From contig JBMNUL010000002.1 in the NCBI GenBank assembly GCA_050946255.1, positions 1 to 50,896 of the forward strand: DNA of 50,896 nucleotides, given 5' to 3'. Origin of the DNA: Coriobacteriales bacterium (lineage in GTDB: Bacteria > Actinomycetota > Coriobacteriia > Coriobacteriales > CADBOM01). The notes beneath the pieces are model-generated. The model was not told where the DNA came from. It did not search any database and saw only the letters and a program-made list of their open reading frames with translations. This document shows positions 1-7,971 of the stretch, piece after piece. A program made the translations under genes and the position numbers. Position 1 is the first letter of the stretch. The number at the start of each line of letters is the position of its first letter.

Positions 1-902
1 ACCTCGAGAACCAACCTTGCGAGAAGACCTCTCGTCTTCGCATCGTCACCGCCGGGAGTGCTCCAATTCACGATGCCGAAGTTGCCGTCCCCGCGATCGT
101 GCAGGCAGTTCCAGTCTATGATTTCCGCCTGCGACTCGCTTTGGTCCTCGACTATCATGTAGGCCATCAGCCTACCACTCACTCCCCCGGGTCCAGCCTC
201 TCTTATCGTCAGATAGCGAAACTTCCTCTTCGGGAACCTCTCGTGAAACCCATCTACCTTCCACTCGTAGTAGGCCTTCGTGCGAATCGGGAAAATCTTG
301 TCAGAGCGATTGTTTATGAGGACGAAGTCGTCTTCGGAAAAAGGACAGGTCTTGGAAGTGGAGAAATCCAGGTCTTTGGTCCATTTGGCGAGAGACTCTA
401 GCTCCTGTCTCTTGGTCTTCGCGAAGAGCCCCTTGAGGCCTCCGGGCTTCGAGTCGATTTCCTCGCGCAAGAGCTTCCCATTCATGAACCTTCCCAGAGA
501 TTTATCTCCGAGCTTCACGACAATGGGAAACGATTTGTTGTTGGGATTCCCAAATCGAATCGAGATACCCTGCTTTGGGAACATCTTGTTGCTGTCGTAG
601 AAGTTGCGGAGGAACGGGAAACCCCTGCTGTCCTCGGCGCTGGCACAGTCAACAGCGGTAACGGCCATCACATCCCTGCCCAGGTAGTTCATGAGCATGC
701 CCATGTTCCACTGCATCGAGACCAGCCTATCGTCTTCATAATAGGGAGTCACCGGAACATCAAGCAGGTTGGGGTTGGCAAAATGCTTGTACTTGAAGGC
801 CTCAAGGCTCATGTTCTTCTTGAAAATCTCGTTGAACAGCGCAATGGACTCTTCTAGCAGCTTTTCATCCACGCTGCATTTTTCATCTGATGGAGAATTC
901 AT
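1..902 (-). CDS. Hypothetical protein, N-terminal ~300 aa only (ORF runs off the left edge); possibly a GNAT/FemAB-like acyltransferase
   Basis: It is absent from the ORF track because there is no stop codon in the window. My own minus-strand translation from the ATG (complement of 900-902) reads MNSPSDEKCSVDEKLLEESIALFNEIFKKNMSLEAFKYKHFANPN... and stays open to position 1. A GGAAAGGA Shine-Dalgarno lies just upstream. The gene starts 46 nt downstream of the PIG-L gene stop on the same strand. The family call is only a resemblance from memory. Confidence 0.5.
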   Translation of the reverse strand, partial: MNSPSDEKCSVDEKLLEESIALFNEIFKKNMSLEAFKYKHFANPNLLDVPVTPYYEDDRLVSMQWNMGMLMNYLGRDVMAVTAVDCASAEDSRGFPFLRNFYDSNKMFPKQGISIRFGNPNNKSFPIVVKLGDKSLGRFMNGKLLREEIDSKPGGLKGLFAKTKRQELESLAKWTKDLDFSTSKTCPFSEDDFVLINNRSDKIFPIRTKAYYEWKVDGFHERFPKRKFRYLTIREAGPGGVSGRLMAYMIVEDQSESQAEIIDWNCLHDRGDGNFGIVNWSTPGGDDAKTRGLLARLVLE

Positions 903-948
903 TGGCATCCTTTCCGTGCCTTTACATCAATACGGCCTTGAGCTCGCC

Positions 949-1974
949 CTATTCTGCGGAAACCGGGCAGGGTTTGCCATTGACAATTCGAACTCTATGA
1001 GCATGGGAGATGGGACTTTCAACGAGATAGTCTATCTCTTTTGTTACCGAATGGTAACCGATTGCGAAGCGCTTGTTGGATGGGTCCCATGTCTTGTACG
1101 AATCGAAGGCGCCCAGAAGGTTGGACTTGAGATCGTCCTGAATGCGTTCCTCGGCTAGCTTGATCCCTGGGTTGTTGGCCTTGAACTCATCGACCATGTA
1201 AACCTCTACGAACATGAGGAGGTTTGGGATCTCCTGCCCCTCTTCCACACCTTCGGACATGAGGTCCACGACAGCACGTCCGAGAGCGGAGTGGTCCACA
1301 TGCTGCTTGCTCCCGGAGAACGGAGACGGGGCGCAAATCGTGGCATCGGGGAAAATTTCGATGTAGTGCCTGGCAATCTGCCTGGCCTCTTCCTCGGTAA
1401 GAGAACTGTCCACCGCACGCCTCGGATAGAAGTGGATGCAAGACGGGCGGTACCCAAGAGCTTGGCAACTGCCTTGAAATTCCACATCCCGGCAATCTAT
1501 GAACTCGTCTATTGAAAGCTGGTATTGGTGAAGTCCTTCGTGCTTGGGACATTCCTTTCCATTCCCAAGGACCTTTCGGGTCCTAGAGCGCGAGCCGTCC
1601 ACGCAAATTGCAATGTGGACATCCTCTCCCCTGGCGTTCTTGATGCATGCATCAACCCCGAAGCAGAGAAGCTCGTCATCTTGATGGGGGCAAAGGTAGA
1701 CAGTCTTCTTCCTCGCTTGAATCTTGGCCATCTCAGCATCGAATTCAGGATCTTTTGGCGCGCGGTTCGCGTTTGGCTTCCGGCTGTCGAATTTGACCTC
1801 TCGAGAATCGGACTCGGGTTTTGATTTCCCCTCCACTGCAGAGGCGTCATTGGAAACCTTGTTTCTCCTAAAGATGCTCAAGGGAAATTCCGTCCTTTCG
1901 AGTTCGAGAACTGGATGCGCTTGGCTCCGATGGTAATCTCCATCGTACAAGTCAATAAAAAAGACGCCAACCAC
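949..1974 (-). CDS. PIG-L/LmbE family deacetylase
   Basis: It carries a CPHQDDELL motif (AHPDDE type) and an HVDHSALG motif (HxDH metal site). The start is uncertain. The track ORF begins at GTG 1974, but the conserved domain begins right after an internal ATG at 1731 (MAKIQARKKTVYLCPHQDDE). Confidence 0.75.
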   Translation of the reverse strand: MVGVFFIDLYDGDYHRSQAHPVLELERTEFPLSIFRRNKVSNDASAVEGKSKPESDSREVKFDSRKPNANRAPKDPEFDAEMAKIQARKKTVYLCPHQDDELLCFGVDACIKNARGEDVHIAICVDGSRSRTRKVLGNGKECPKHEGLHQYQLSIDEFIDCRDVEFQGSCQALGYRPSCIHFYPRRAVDSSLTEEEARQIARHYIEIFPDATICAPSPFSGSKQHVDHSALGRAVVDLMSEGVEEGQEIPNLLMFVEVYMVDEFKANNPGIKLAEERIQDDLKSNLLGAFDSYKTWDPSNKRFAIGYHSVTKEIDYLVESPISHAHRVRIVNGKPCPVSAE

Positions 1975-2106
1975 CTATACGCAGCTGGTGCCGCAGATTC
2001 CCATGCGATTGTAGCACTAGCACATGTGCTATTGTTTTGGGTGCACATGTAGGCTAGCGTAGGTGCATCATCCAATGGATGCGTGCTGCAAGGAAAGTGA
2101 TACGTC

Positions 2107-4134
2107 GTGACATCCGAATACACGAAACAAGACTCCGGAAACAGGCCTGTTTTCCCAAAGCGAGCCGTCGTGACATCTGGCATGCCCTATGGGAACAAGG
2201 GGCTGCACTTCGGCCATATTGGAGGGGTCTTCGTTCCCGCAGATATGTACGCTCGTTTCCTCCGCAACCGCATCGGTGCAGACAACGTGCTCTTCGTGTG
2301 CGGGACGGACTGCTACGGGTCTCCAATCATCGAAGGCCATCGCAAGGCGGTAGAGTCCGGTGAGTTCAGTGGAACGATCGAAGAATACGTCGAGCGCAAC
2401 CACAAATGGCAGAAGGAAACGCTCGACGCATATGACATCTCTCTAGATATATATGAGGGGTCGGGGCTCGGATATGCGAAGGAGCCGCACAAGAAGATCA
2501 CCGACTACTTCTTCAGGACCCTCTACGAAAACGGGTTCCTCGACAAGCTCTCGACCGCGCAGTTCTACGACACCGAAGCACAGACCTTCCTGAATGGGCG
2601 TCAGGTCATCGGGCGATGCCCAGTGCAGGGCTGCAAGTCCGAGAAAGCATATGCAGACGAGTGCGATCTGGGGCATCAGTTCAACCCAGAGGAGCTGATT
2701 GCACCCAAGTCGTCGATCACGGGCACCGTCCCCGAGCTCAGACCTGTCGAGAACTGGTATTTCCGCCTTCCAGCTTTTGGAGACATCATCCGAGAGCATG
2801 TGGAAAACCAGCGCTCCGACGGCAAGGTGAGACCGTTTCTGATCTCGGCCATAGAGGAATTCCTGGAGCCCCCGATCATCTACATACAGACGAAGTTCTA
2901 CGACGACTACCTTTCCGTCAAGGACTCGCTGCCCAAACATGTCTACCGCGAACCCGAGAAGGGCAAGACCTCGTTTGAGATCGAGTTCGAGCGAATAGAG
3001 GACCGCGACGTTGCACGTGGGGTTCTGAAGAACGGCGGCGTGAGATTCCGCACCGGCAAGACCCTCGTGCCGTTCCGCCTCACTGGAAACATCGACTGGG
3101 GAGTCCCCGCGCCAAAGCTGGAAGACGAAGACGACCTCACCGTCTGGTGCTGGCCGGAATCGCTGTGGGCTCCAATCTCGTTCACATCCGCTGCGCTTCA
3201 GCGACGCGGCGGAGGTCCAGAGGATTGGCGCGATTGGTGGTGCTCCGATGATTCCGCGGTATACCAATTCATCGGCGAGGACAACATCTACTTCTACGGA
3301 GTAGCGCAGACCGGGCTCTGGTCGGCCATGCAGGGCAAGAACCCGAAGGCGGAGGGCACTGGAGACCAGCTTCGCCAGACCGACCTCATCGCCAACCACC
3401 ACCTGCTATTCCTCAACACCAAGGCGTCTTCTTCCGGGAAGGTCAAGCCCCCGATGGCCGCAGACCTCCTCGACAACTACAATTCCGACCAGCTCAGAGC
3501 GCATTTCCTGGCCCTGGGCCTGGACTTGAAGTCCGTCAGCTTCCAGCCCAAGCCCTACGACCCAAATGCAAACGAGAAGGCCCCCGACCCAGTGCTGAAG
3601 GAATCTGCGCTGCTCACGAACATCTTCAACAGGCTCGCACGCTCCTGCTTCTACACATCGCAGAAGATAAACGATGGAAAGATGCCCTTGGGCCAGCCCG
3701 ACCCCGAGACAATCGCCGACGCACGAAGCACGATCTTGGAGTACGAGAAGATCATGGCCAACTGTGAACTGCACTCGGTGATGGCGATCATGGACACGTA
3801 CCTGAGAAACGCCAACAAGTACTGGTCCGACCGCTCCAGGAAAGTCGAGACGGAGGAAGACCGCGCGGATCAGCTCGACCTCTTGGTGAACGTGTTCTAC
3901 ATGTTGAAGGTCGCAACGATTCTCATGGAGCCTGTTGCGCCACATGGAACTCATAAAATCATCGAGTACCTGAACCTTGACTGCCCTGACGAGGAGTTCC
4001 TAAGCTGGGACCACATCTTCGATGGGTTCGAGCCTCTTCTATCTGAGAGTGACATTGCGGCCGGGTCGCATCAGCTCAAGGAGCTCCCACCGAGGACGGA
4101 CTTCTTCGAGAAACATCCGTCCCAGTTCAAATAA
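2107..4134 (+). CDS. metG: Methionine--tRNA ligase
   Basis: It has the class I HIGH region PYGNKGLHFGHIGG and the Cys knuckle GRCPVQGCKSEKAYADECDLGH typical of MetRS. A KMSKS-position variant reads KASSSGK. It is 675 aa, with a GTG start and AAGGAAAG about 10 nt upstream. Confidence 0.85.
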   Translation: MTSEYTKQDSGNRPVFPKRAVVTSGMPYGNKGLHFGHIGGVFVPADMYARFLRNRIGADNVLFVCGTDCYGSPIIEGHRKAVESGEFSGTIEEYVERNHKWQKETLDAYDISLDIYEGSGLGYAKEPHKKITDYFFRTLYENGFLDKLSTAQFYDTEAQTFLNGRQVIGRCPVQGCKSEKAYADECDLGHQFNPEELIAPKSSITGTVPELRPVENWYFRLPAFGDIIREHVENQRSDGKVRPFLISAIEEFLEPPIIYIQTKFYDDYLSVKDSLPKHVYREPEKGKTSFEIEFERIEDRDVARGVLKNGGVRFRTGKTLVPFRLTGNIDWGVPAPKLEDEDDLTVWCWPESLWAPISFTSAALQRRGGGPEDWRDWWCSDDSAVYQFIGEDNIYFYGVAQTGLWSAMQGKNPKAEGTGDQLRQTDLIANHHLLFLNTKASSSGKVKPPMAADLLDNYNSDQLRAHFLALGLDLKSVSFQPKPYDPNANEKAPDPVLKESALLTNIFNRLARSCFYTSQKINDGKMPLGQPDPETIADARSTILEYEKIMANCELHSVMAIMDTYLRNANKYWSDRSRKVETEEDRADQLDLLVNVFYMLKVATILMEPVAPHGTHKIIEYLNLDCPDEEFLSWDHIFDGFEPLLSESDIAAGSHQLKELPPRTDFFEKHPSQFK

Positions 4135-4258
4135 GCAAGGCGGAAAATCTCAAGCTAGTGTCATTTGGAGAGAGCAGAGATCTCTTGCCGATCTGGGCGA
4201 ATCCCGAACCCGAGCAGGAGGACTCGAATCGAAGGCTTCGGCAGCAAGGCGGGCCTTG

Positions 4259-6601
4259 TTATGGCTCGTCTAGGTCGACCCCCGTATCTGGAAAGTCGGA
4301 GTCCTCGGAGTCGCTGCCGTTTTGCTCGATCTTTGGGATCTTCACGTATCCAGCACGGTTGAGCTGTTCCTCGTCGAGAGTCCCCTCTGCGACGGCCTTG
4401 TTGAATTCCGCCTGCTCGGCCTGGTGCTGCGGGTCGAAGTCGACCACCATCCCGGCGTTCACTGGTCGCTGCTGCAAAGGCTGGGCACTGGCATTCGCCT
4501 GGCCCTGAACATGTGCCCCGCCAGCAGGTGCGGCACCTGAAATCCCAGCGCTGGCCATGTACTGCTCGGCTGCATTGGGGGTCCTGTTGAACTGCGCCCT
4601 GATGGCGATGTACTCGCTGACGAGCAATACCAGGAGAATCGACATCAAGATCAGGTAGCCGATGACGGCGCCGGGGAGTCCGGTGAAGTTGATCAGCAGC
4701 GTTGGCACGAACAGCGAGAACCCGAATGTTATCAGGTAGAGCTTCATGACGTCGCGCTGACGGCGCAGTACCGTGATCACCTGATATAGGAAATCGATTG
4801 CGGCGGTAACCCCTCCAGCTGCCATCATCACGTACATCAGGCTCCTGAACTGTTCGAAGTCAACGCCGTACAGGAACGTCATAATCGGGATTCCAATCCA
4901 ACCCATGAGTATCATGACGACCGCCGTGATCGCTATGATGATCCCCATCATTGCGATAATCACCTTGTCGAACTTCTTGTGCATGGACGGGTCGGCCCAA
5001 ACGTTGGCGAGCTTGACGAGCAGCGGCTTGTAAACCAGCTGGCCAACTATGAGGATGAGCTGGGCTGGGAAATAGATGGCATTGAAGTACAGCTGGTTGT
5101 CGTAGCTCAGCACACCCTCCATCACGAACTTCGGCATCGCGTCGATGAAGGCGTACATGAACAGCGCGATGAAGAGCGGGAAGCACTGCTTGAACAGCTT
5201 GCCGATGCTGCCGAAGCTCCAATCGCGGGACTTCGGAGACTCGAGCAAGGTGAGCGGGAGCGTGAGGACCAGGAACACCGCAAAGGATGCGATTGCCATT
5301 CCGATGGATGCAATACCGGCATCTTTGGAGATGAGCAGCACTATCGTGAAGACGATCAGCGCGAACAGGGACCTCACGCCAATGGAAATTCCACCCAGGT
5401 ACATCTTGTCGACCTGCTGCAGCCTGCCCTCGTATACATCTGAGAGCGCATCCACCATCTTGTAGAGGTAGACACCGATGCTGATCGTGAGCATCTCCCC
5501 GGTATATCCCCTGATAGAGCAGTAGAACAGTCCCACGAGCACCATGAGGGCGCACGTGACGATGCGGTTGATCAGGTAGTCGGTGAACGTGTGCTGCTCG
5601 TCGATGTCGGAGACCTGATAGGTTCGAACGCCGTAGTTGCCCAAGATCATCAGCAAGCTGCCGGTGACAAATGCCAGAGAGAACATTCCGGCGACTTCGG
5701 TACCGGAAATCTGGGTGATGACTATCGTGAGAATCGGGAAGAGCATTGCCCAGCAAGCTTGCCCCACCGTGTTCCAAACGTAATCTCGGGAGGTCTTGTG
5801 AGAGCCGTATTCCTCTTCCTGTCCGGCTAAAGACCCTTCTGCAGCGGCACCGAGAAGCCTGCTCCAATAATGGCTGATCATCCTTGTGAAGGCGCTCTGC
5901 TTGTGCTCCTTCTGGTTCTTGTCCTTGCGAGAGCGTGAGCGGCGTGGTCTTTCCTCGGAGCCATCCTCGCCCCTCATCTCAGAGGCATCGTACTCGGCCT
6001 GGCTAGAGTTTCTGGACGACCTCCTCCTTTTTGAGGAGTCCCCTCTATCAGACTTGGATTTCCTGGTGGACGACCTGTCCAAGCGAGAAGAACCTCCTCG
6101 CCTGCTCGTATCGAGATCATCTGCAGCAGCACTGCTTCTTCGAGAACTGGAACTTCTCGGACCACCATTTGCACCCGCGCTGCCCGAGCCGCCATAGTTG
6201 TAGCTGCCGCGCCCATCCGCCCCGCTGTATCTGGTAGTTGAAGAACTGGAGCTGCGAGAAGCGCTGGAGTTCCTGGAAGCCGAACTGCGGGGAGCCGAAT
6301 TGTTGGAGCTGCGGGAAGAGCTGGAGTTCCTGGAAGCCGAACTTCGGGGAGCCGAATTGTTGGCGCTGCGGGAAGCGCTGGAACTTCTGGAGGATGTGCT
6401 GCTGGAACCGCGCGAAGCCGAACCTCCAGAACTCCTGGAAGCCGAAGACTTTTCGGACCTGCTGCGCTTGGCCCTTGGCATCCGGGCATCAGCACTGGAA
6501 CGGGCAGAATAACGACTCGCACGGCCCGTGTTCTTGGCGGATCCGCCGCTTTGCCTGTTGTCGTGATATTCCCGTGAACTGTTTCCGGTGGTTCGCGCCA
6601 C
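4259..6601 (-). CDS. Polytopic membrane protein, Wzx/MOP-type polysaccharide-biosynthesis flippase-like core with a ~230-aa Ser/Arg-rich N-terminal region
   Basis: This 780-aa ORF has about 12-14 hydrophobic helices between residues ~270 and 680. They resemble polysaccharide biosynthesis (Polysacc_synt) proteins. The N-terminus is low-complexity (SSASRSS / NNSAPRSSASRNSS repeats) and the C-terminal tail is acidic. The start is GTG, with GGAAAGGGAAA upstream. Confidence 0.6.
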   Translation of the reverse strand: MARTTGNSSREYHDNRQSGGSAKNTGRASRYSARSSADARMPRAKRSRSEKSSASRSSGGSASRGSSSTSSRSSSASRSANNSAPRSSASRNSSSSRSSNNSAPRSSASRNSSASRSSSSSTTRYSGADGRGSYNYGGSGSAGANGGPRSSSSRRSSAAADDLDTSRRGGSSRLDRSSTRKSKSDRGDSSKRRRSSRNSSQAEYDASEMRGEDGSEERPRRSRSRKDKNQKEHKQSAFTRMISHYWSRLLGAAAEGSLAGQEEEYGSHKTSRDYVWNTVGQACWAMLFPILTIVITQISGTEVAGMFSLAFVTGSLLMILGNYGVRTYQVSDIDEQHTFTDYLINRIVTCALMVLVGLFYCSIRGYTGEMLTISIGVYLYKMVDALSDVYEGRLQQVDKMYLGGISIGVRSLFALIVFTIVLLISKDAGIASIGMAIASFAVFLVLTLPLTLLESPKSRDWSFGSIGKLFKQCFPLFIALFMYAFIDAMPKFVMEGVLSYDNQLYFNAIYFPAQLILIVGQLVYKPLLVKLANVWADPSMHKKFDKVIIAMMGIIIAITAVVMILMGWIGIPIMTFLYGVDFEQFRSLMYVMMAAGGVTAAIDFLYQVITVLRRQRDVMKLYLITFGFSLFVPTLLINFTGLPGAVIGYLILMSILLVLLVSEYIAIRAQFNRTPNAAEQYMASAGISGAAPAGGAHVQGQANASAQPLQQRPVNAGMVVDFDPQHQAEQAEFNKAVAEGTLDEEQLNRAGYVKIPKIEQNGSDSEDSDFPDTGVDLDEP
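6263..6376. repeat. Two tandem 57-bp in-frame coding repeats (54/57 identical), with degenerate copies flanking
   Basis: Positions 6263-6319 match 6320-6376 (gctggagttcctggaagccgaac...) with three mismatches. Each copy encodes the 19-aa unit NNSAPRSSASRNSS(S/A)SRSS on the minus strand. Confidence 0.9.
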
Positions 6602-6855
6602 TTGATTCGTTTCCCTTTCCAGTTGATAGCGCTACTATTTCGAAAATTATATGCCAGAGAACTGGGACCGCCCTCCCATCGCGCGTGAACAAACTTATGC
6701 GTTTGGTGAGCGTTTACACACCTGCAAACTCTACGCACCGATTACATGAAAACTGCACCTCGGCGACTCGAACCACATGAAAGTCCAAGCACCAAGGTGC
6801 AGCTATCTCACATGAGTCCCGGCTTCAGGACATCCAAAAGCACGGTCTGCAGAGG

Positions 6856-7815
6856 CTACTCCGCCGAGGGAATATTGTCGAGGGAGAATTCCTCCGTGCC
6901 GTTGAAGACATCGAGGGCCTCCTGGGCATCATAATCGGCAAGGGTGATCGCGCTGATGGCCTTCGTTAGGCGCACAGCCTCGTCGAGCGAGCGCTGATGG
7001 ATGTTGCGGCCGGTAGCGTTGCCCGAAGCTCCACCAATATGAATCTGGTCGTAGAGCTGGGTGAGGAAGGTCTCTGGGTCGACAGTCGATCCGCCGGCGC
7101 ACACGAGCTTGGTCCTTCCAGCTGCCGTAGAGGCGAGCTTGAGCAGCTCTGCAGAGGTTGCATCGTCGGTTGGATGAGGCGGATTGACCTTCACGAAGTC
7201 CGCGCCCAGGCAAAGCGCCACACCAGCAGCGCCGGCAATGAGCTGAGCATCCTTCTCGTCCGGAACGGCCTTGCCGCGTGGATAGATCCACAGCACGGCG
7301 ATAAGCCCGTTGGCATGTGCCTCTGCGATGAGCTCTCCCGCCTCGGCCATCATCGAGGACTCGTACTCTGAACCCAGGTATATCGTATAGCCAATTCCGA
7401 CGATGTTGATGCCGGCATCGATCATGTCTAGAACGGCCTCAAGTGAATGGAGCTGGGGCGAATAGGGATCGTCCTGGTCCTTCTTCACGAGGTTGGTCTT
7501 GGAGTTCATCTTCACGAGGTAGTTGATTTCGGGATAATCCTCGGCATACCTTGCGACTATCCCTCGCTGAGTTGCGAGCACGCCTATGCAACCCTGGCTC
7601 CCGATCTTGAGAAGATGCTCTGGATCGGCATCCGACGGGTCGATTCCCTCACCATAGAAGTCCTTGTTGAGGTGCTCGATCTTCTGATCGCAGGCAAAAA
7701 GCATCAGACGGCCGGTGCCACGGGTCGCGGCCATGTAGTTGTCGACATAGGTGTCCTTTGCCTCTGGCATGACATCAACGGGAATGAGCACATCATCGCG
7801 TGTAATGCTTGGCAT
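6856..7815 (-). CDS. Class I aldolase of the DhnA/FbaB (DeoC/LacD-like) family, probable fructose-bisphosphate aldolase
   Basis: It shows the LMLFACDQKIEHLNKDF and FVKVNPP (Schiff-base Lys region) signatures. The start is moved to MPSITRDD (ATG complement of 7813-7815) because AGGAGG lies 7 nt upstream. Confidence 0.7.
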   Translation of the reverse strand: MPSITRDDVLIPVDVMPEAKDTYVDNYMAATRGTGRLMLFACDQKIEHLNKDFYGEGIDPSDADPEHLLKIGSQGCIGVLATQRGIVARYAEDYPEINYLVKMNSKTNLVKKDQDDPYSPQLHSLEAVLDMIDAGINIVGIGYTIYLGSEYESSMMAEAGELIAEAHANGLIAVLWIYPRGKAVPDEKDAQLIAGAAGVALCLGADFVKVNPPHPTDDATSAELLKLASTAAGRTKLVCAGGSTVDPETFLTQLYDQIHIGGASGNATGRNIHQRSLDEAVRLTKAISAITLADYDAQEALDVFNGTEEFSLDNIPSAE

Positions 7816-7971
7816 GGTATTTCCTCCTGAAACAATCCGCCCCATCGCCATTGCGACGGAGCATCGACTATATCTCCACGGGGTGCAGGAGCGCGCTCCG
7901 GGGGTTGCATTGACATTTAAAAGGGTACCTTATTTTCAAAGGCGTTTCGACACAAATCTGACTATCAGCAC

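Noticed and set aside
1975-2106. A T-box riboswitch upstream of metG.
   Set aside because: There is no AGGGUGGNACCGCG-like T-box sequence, no terminator or antiterminator pair, and no obvious specifier-loop architecture. The region is too short unless the PIG-L start is moved.
2443-3402. Long ORFs antisense to well-supported genes. Examples are 2443-3402, 3406-3954, 11828-12937, 13205-14491, 14768-15541, 17216-17902, 21834-22646, 24784-25977, 30527-31327, 37548-38285, 45422-46249 and 47180-48166.
   Set aside because: Each lies entirely opposite a gene with strong family motifs. They lack an RBS and have Arg/Gly/Val/His-rich composition typical of antisense frames in GC-rich coding DNA. None has a recognisable domain.
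5974-6780. Alternative-frame ORFs across the Ser/Arg repeat region (5974-6738 minus strand, 6238-6780 plus strand, 6300-6512 plus strand).
   Set aside because: They are a by-product of low-complexity repeat DNA that stays open in several frames. Only the frame continuous with the membrane core makes a coherent protein.
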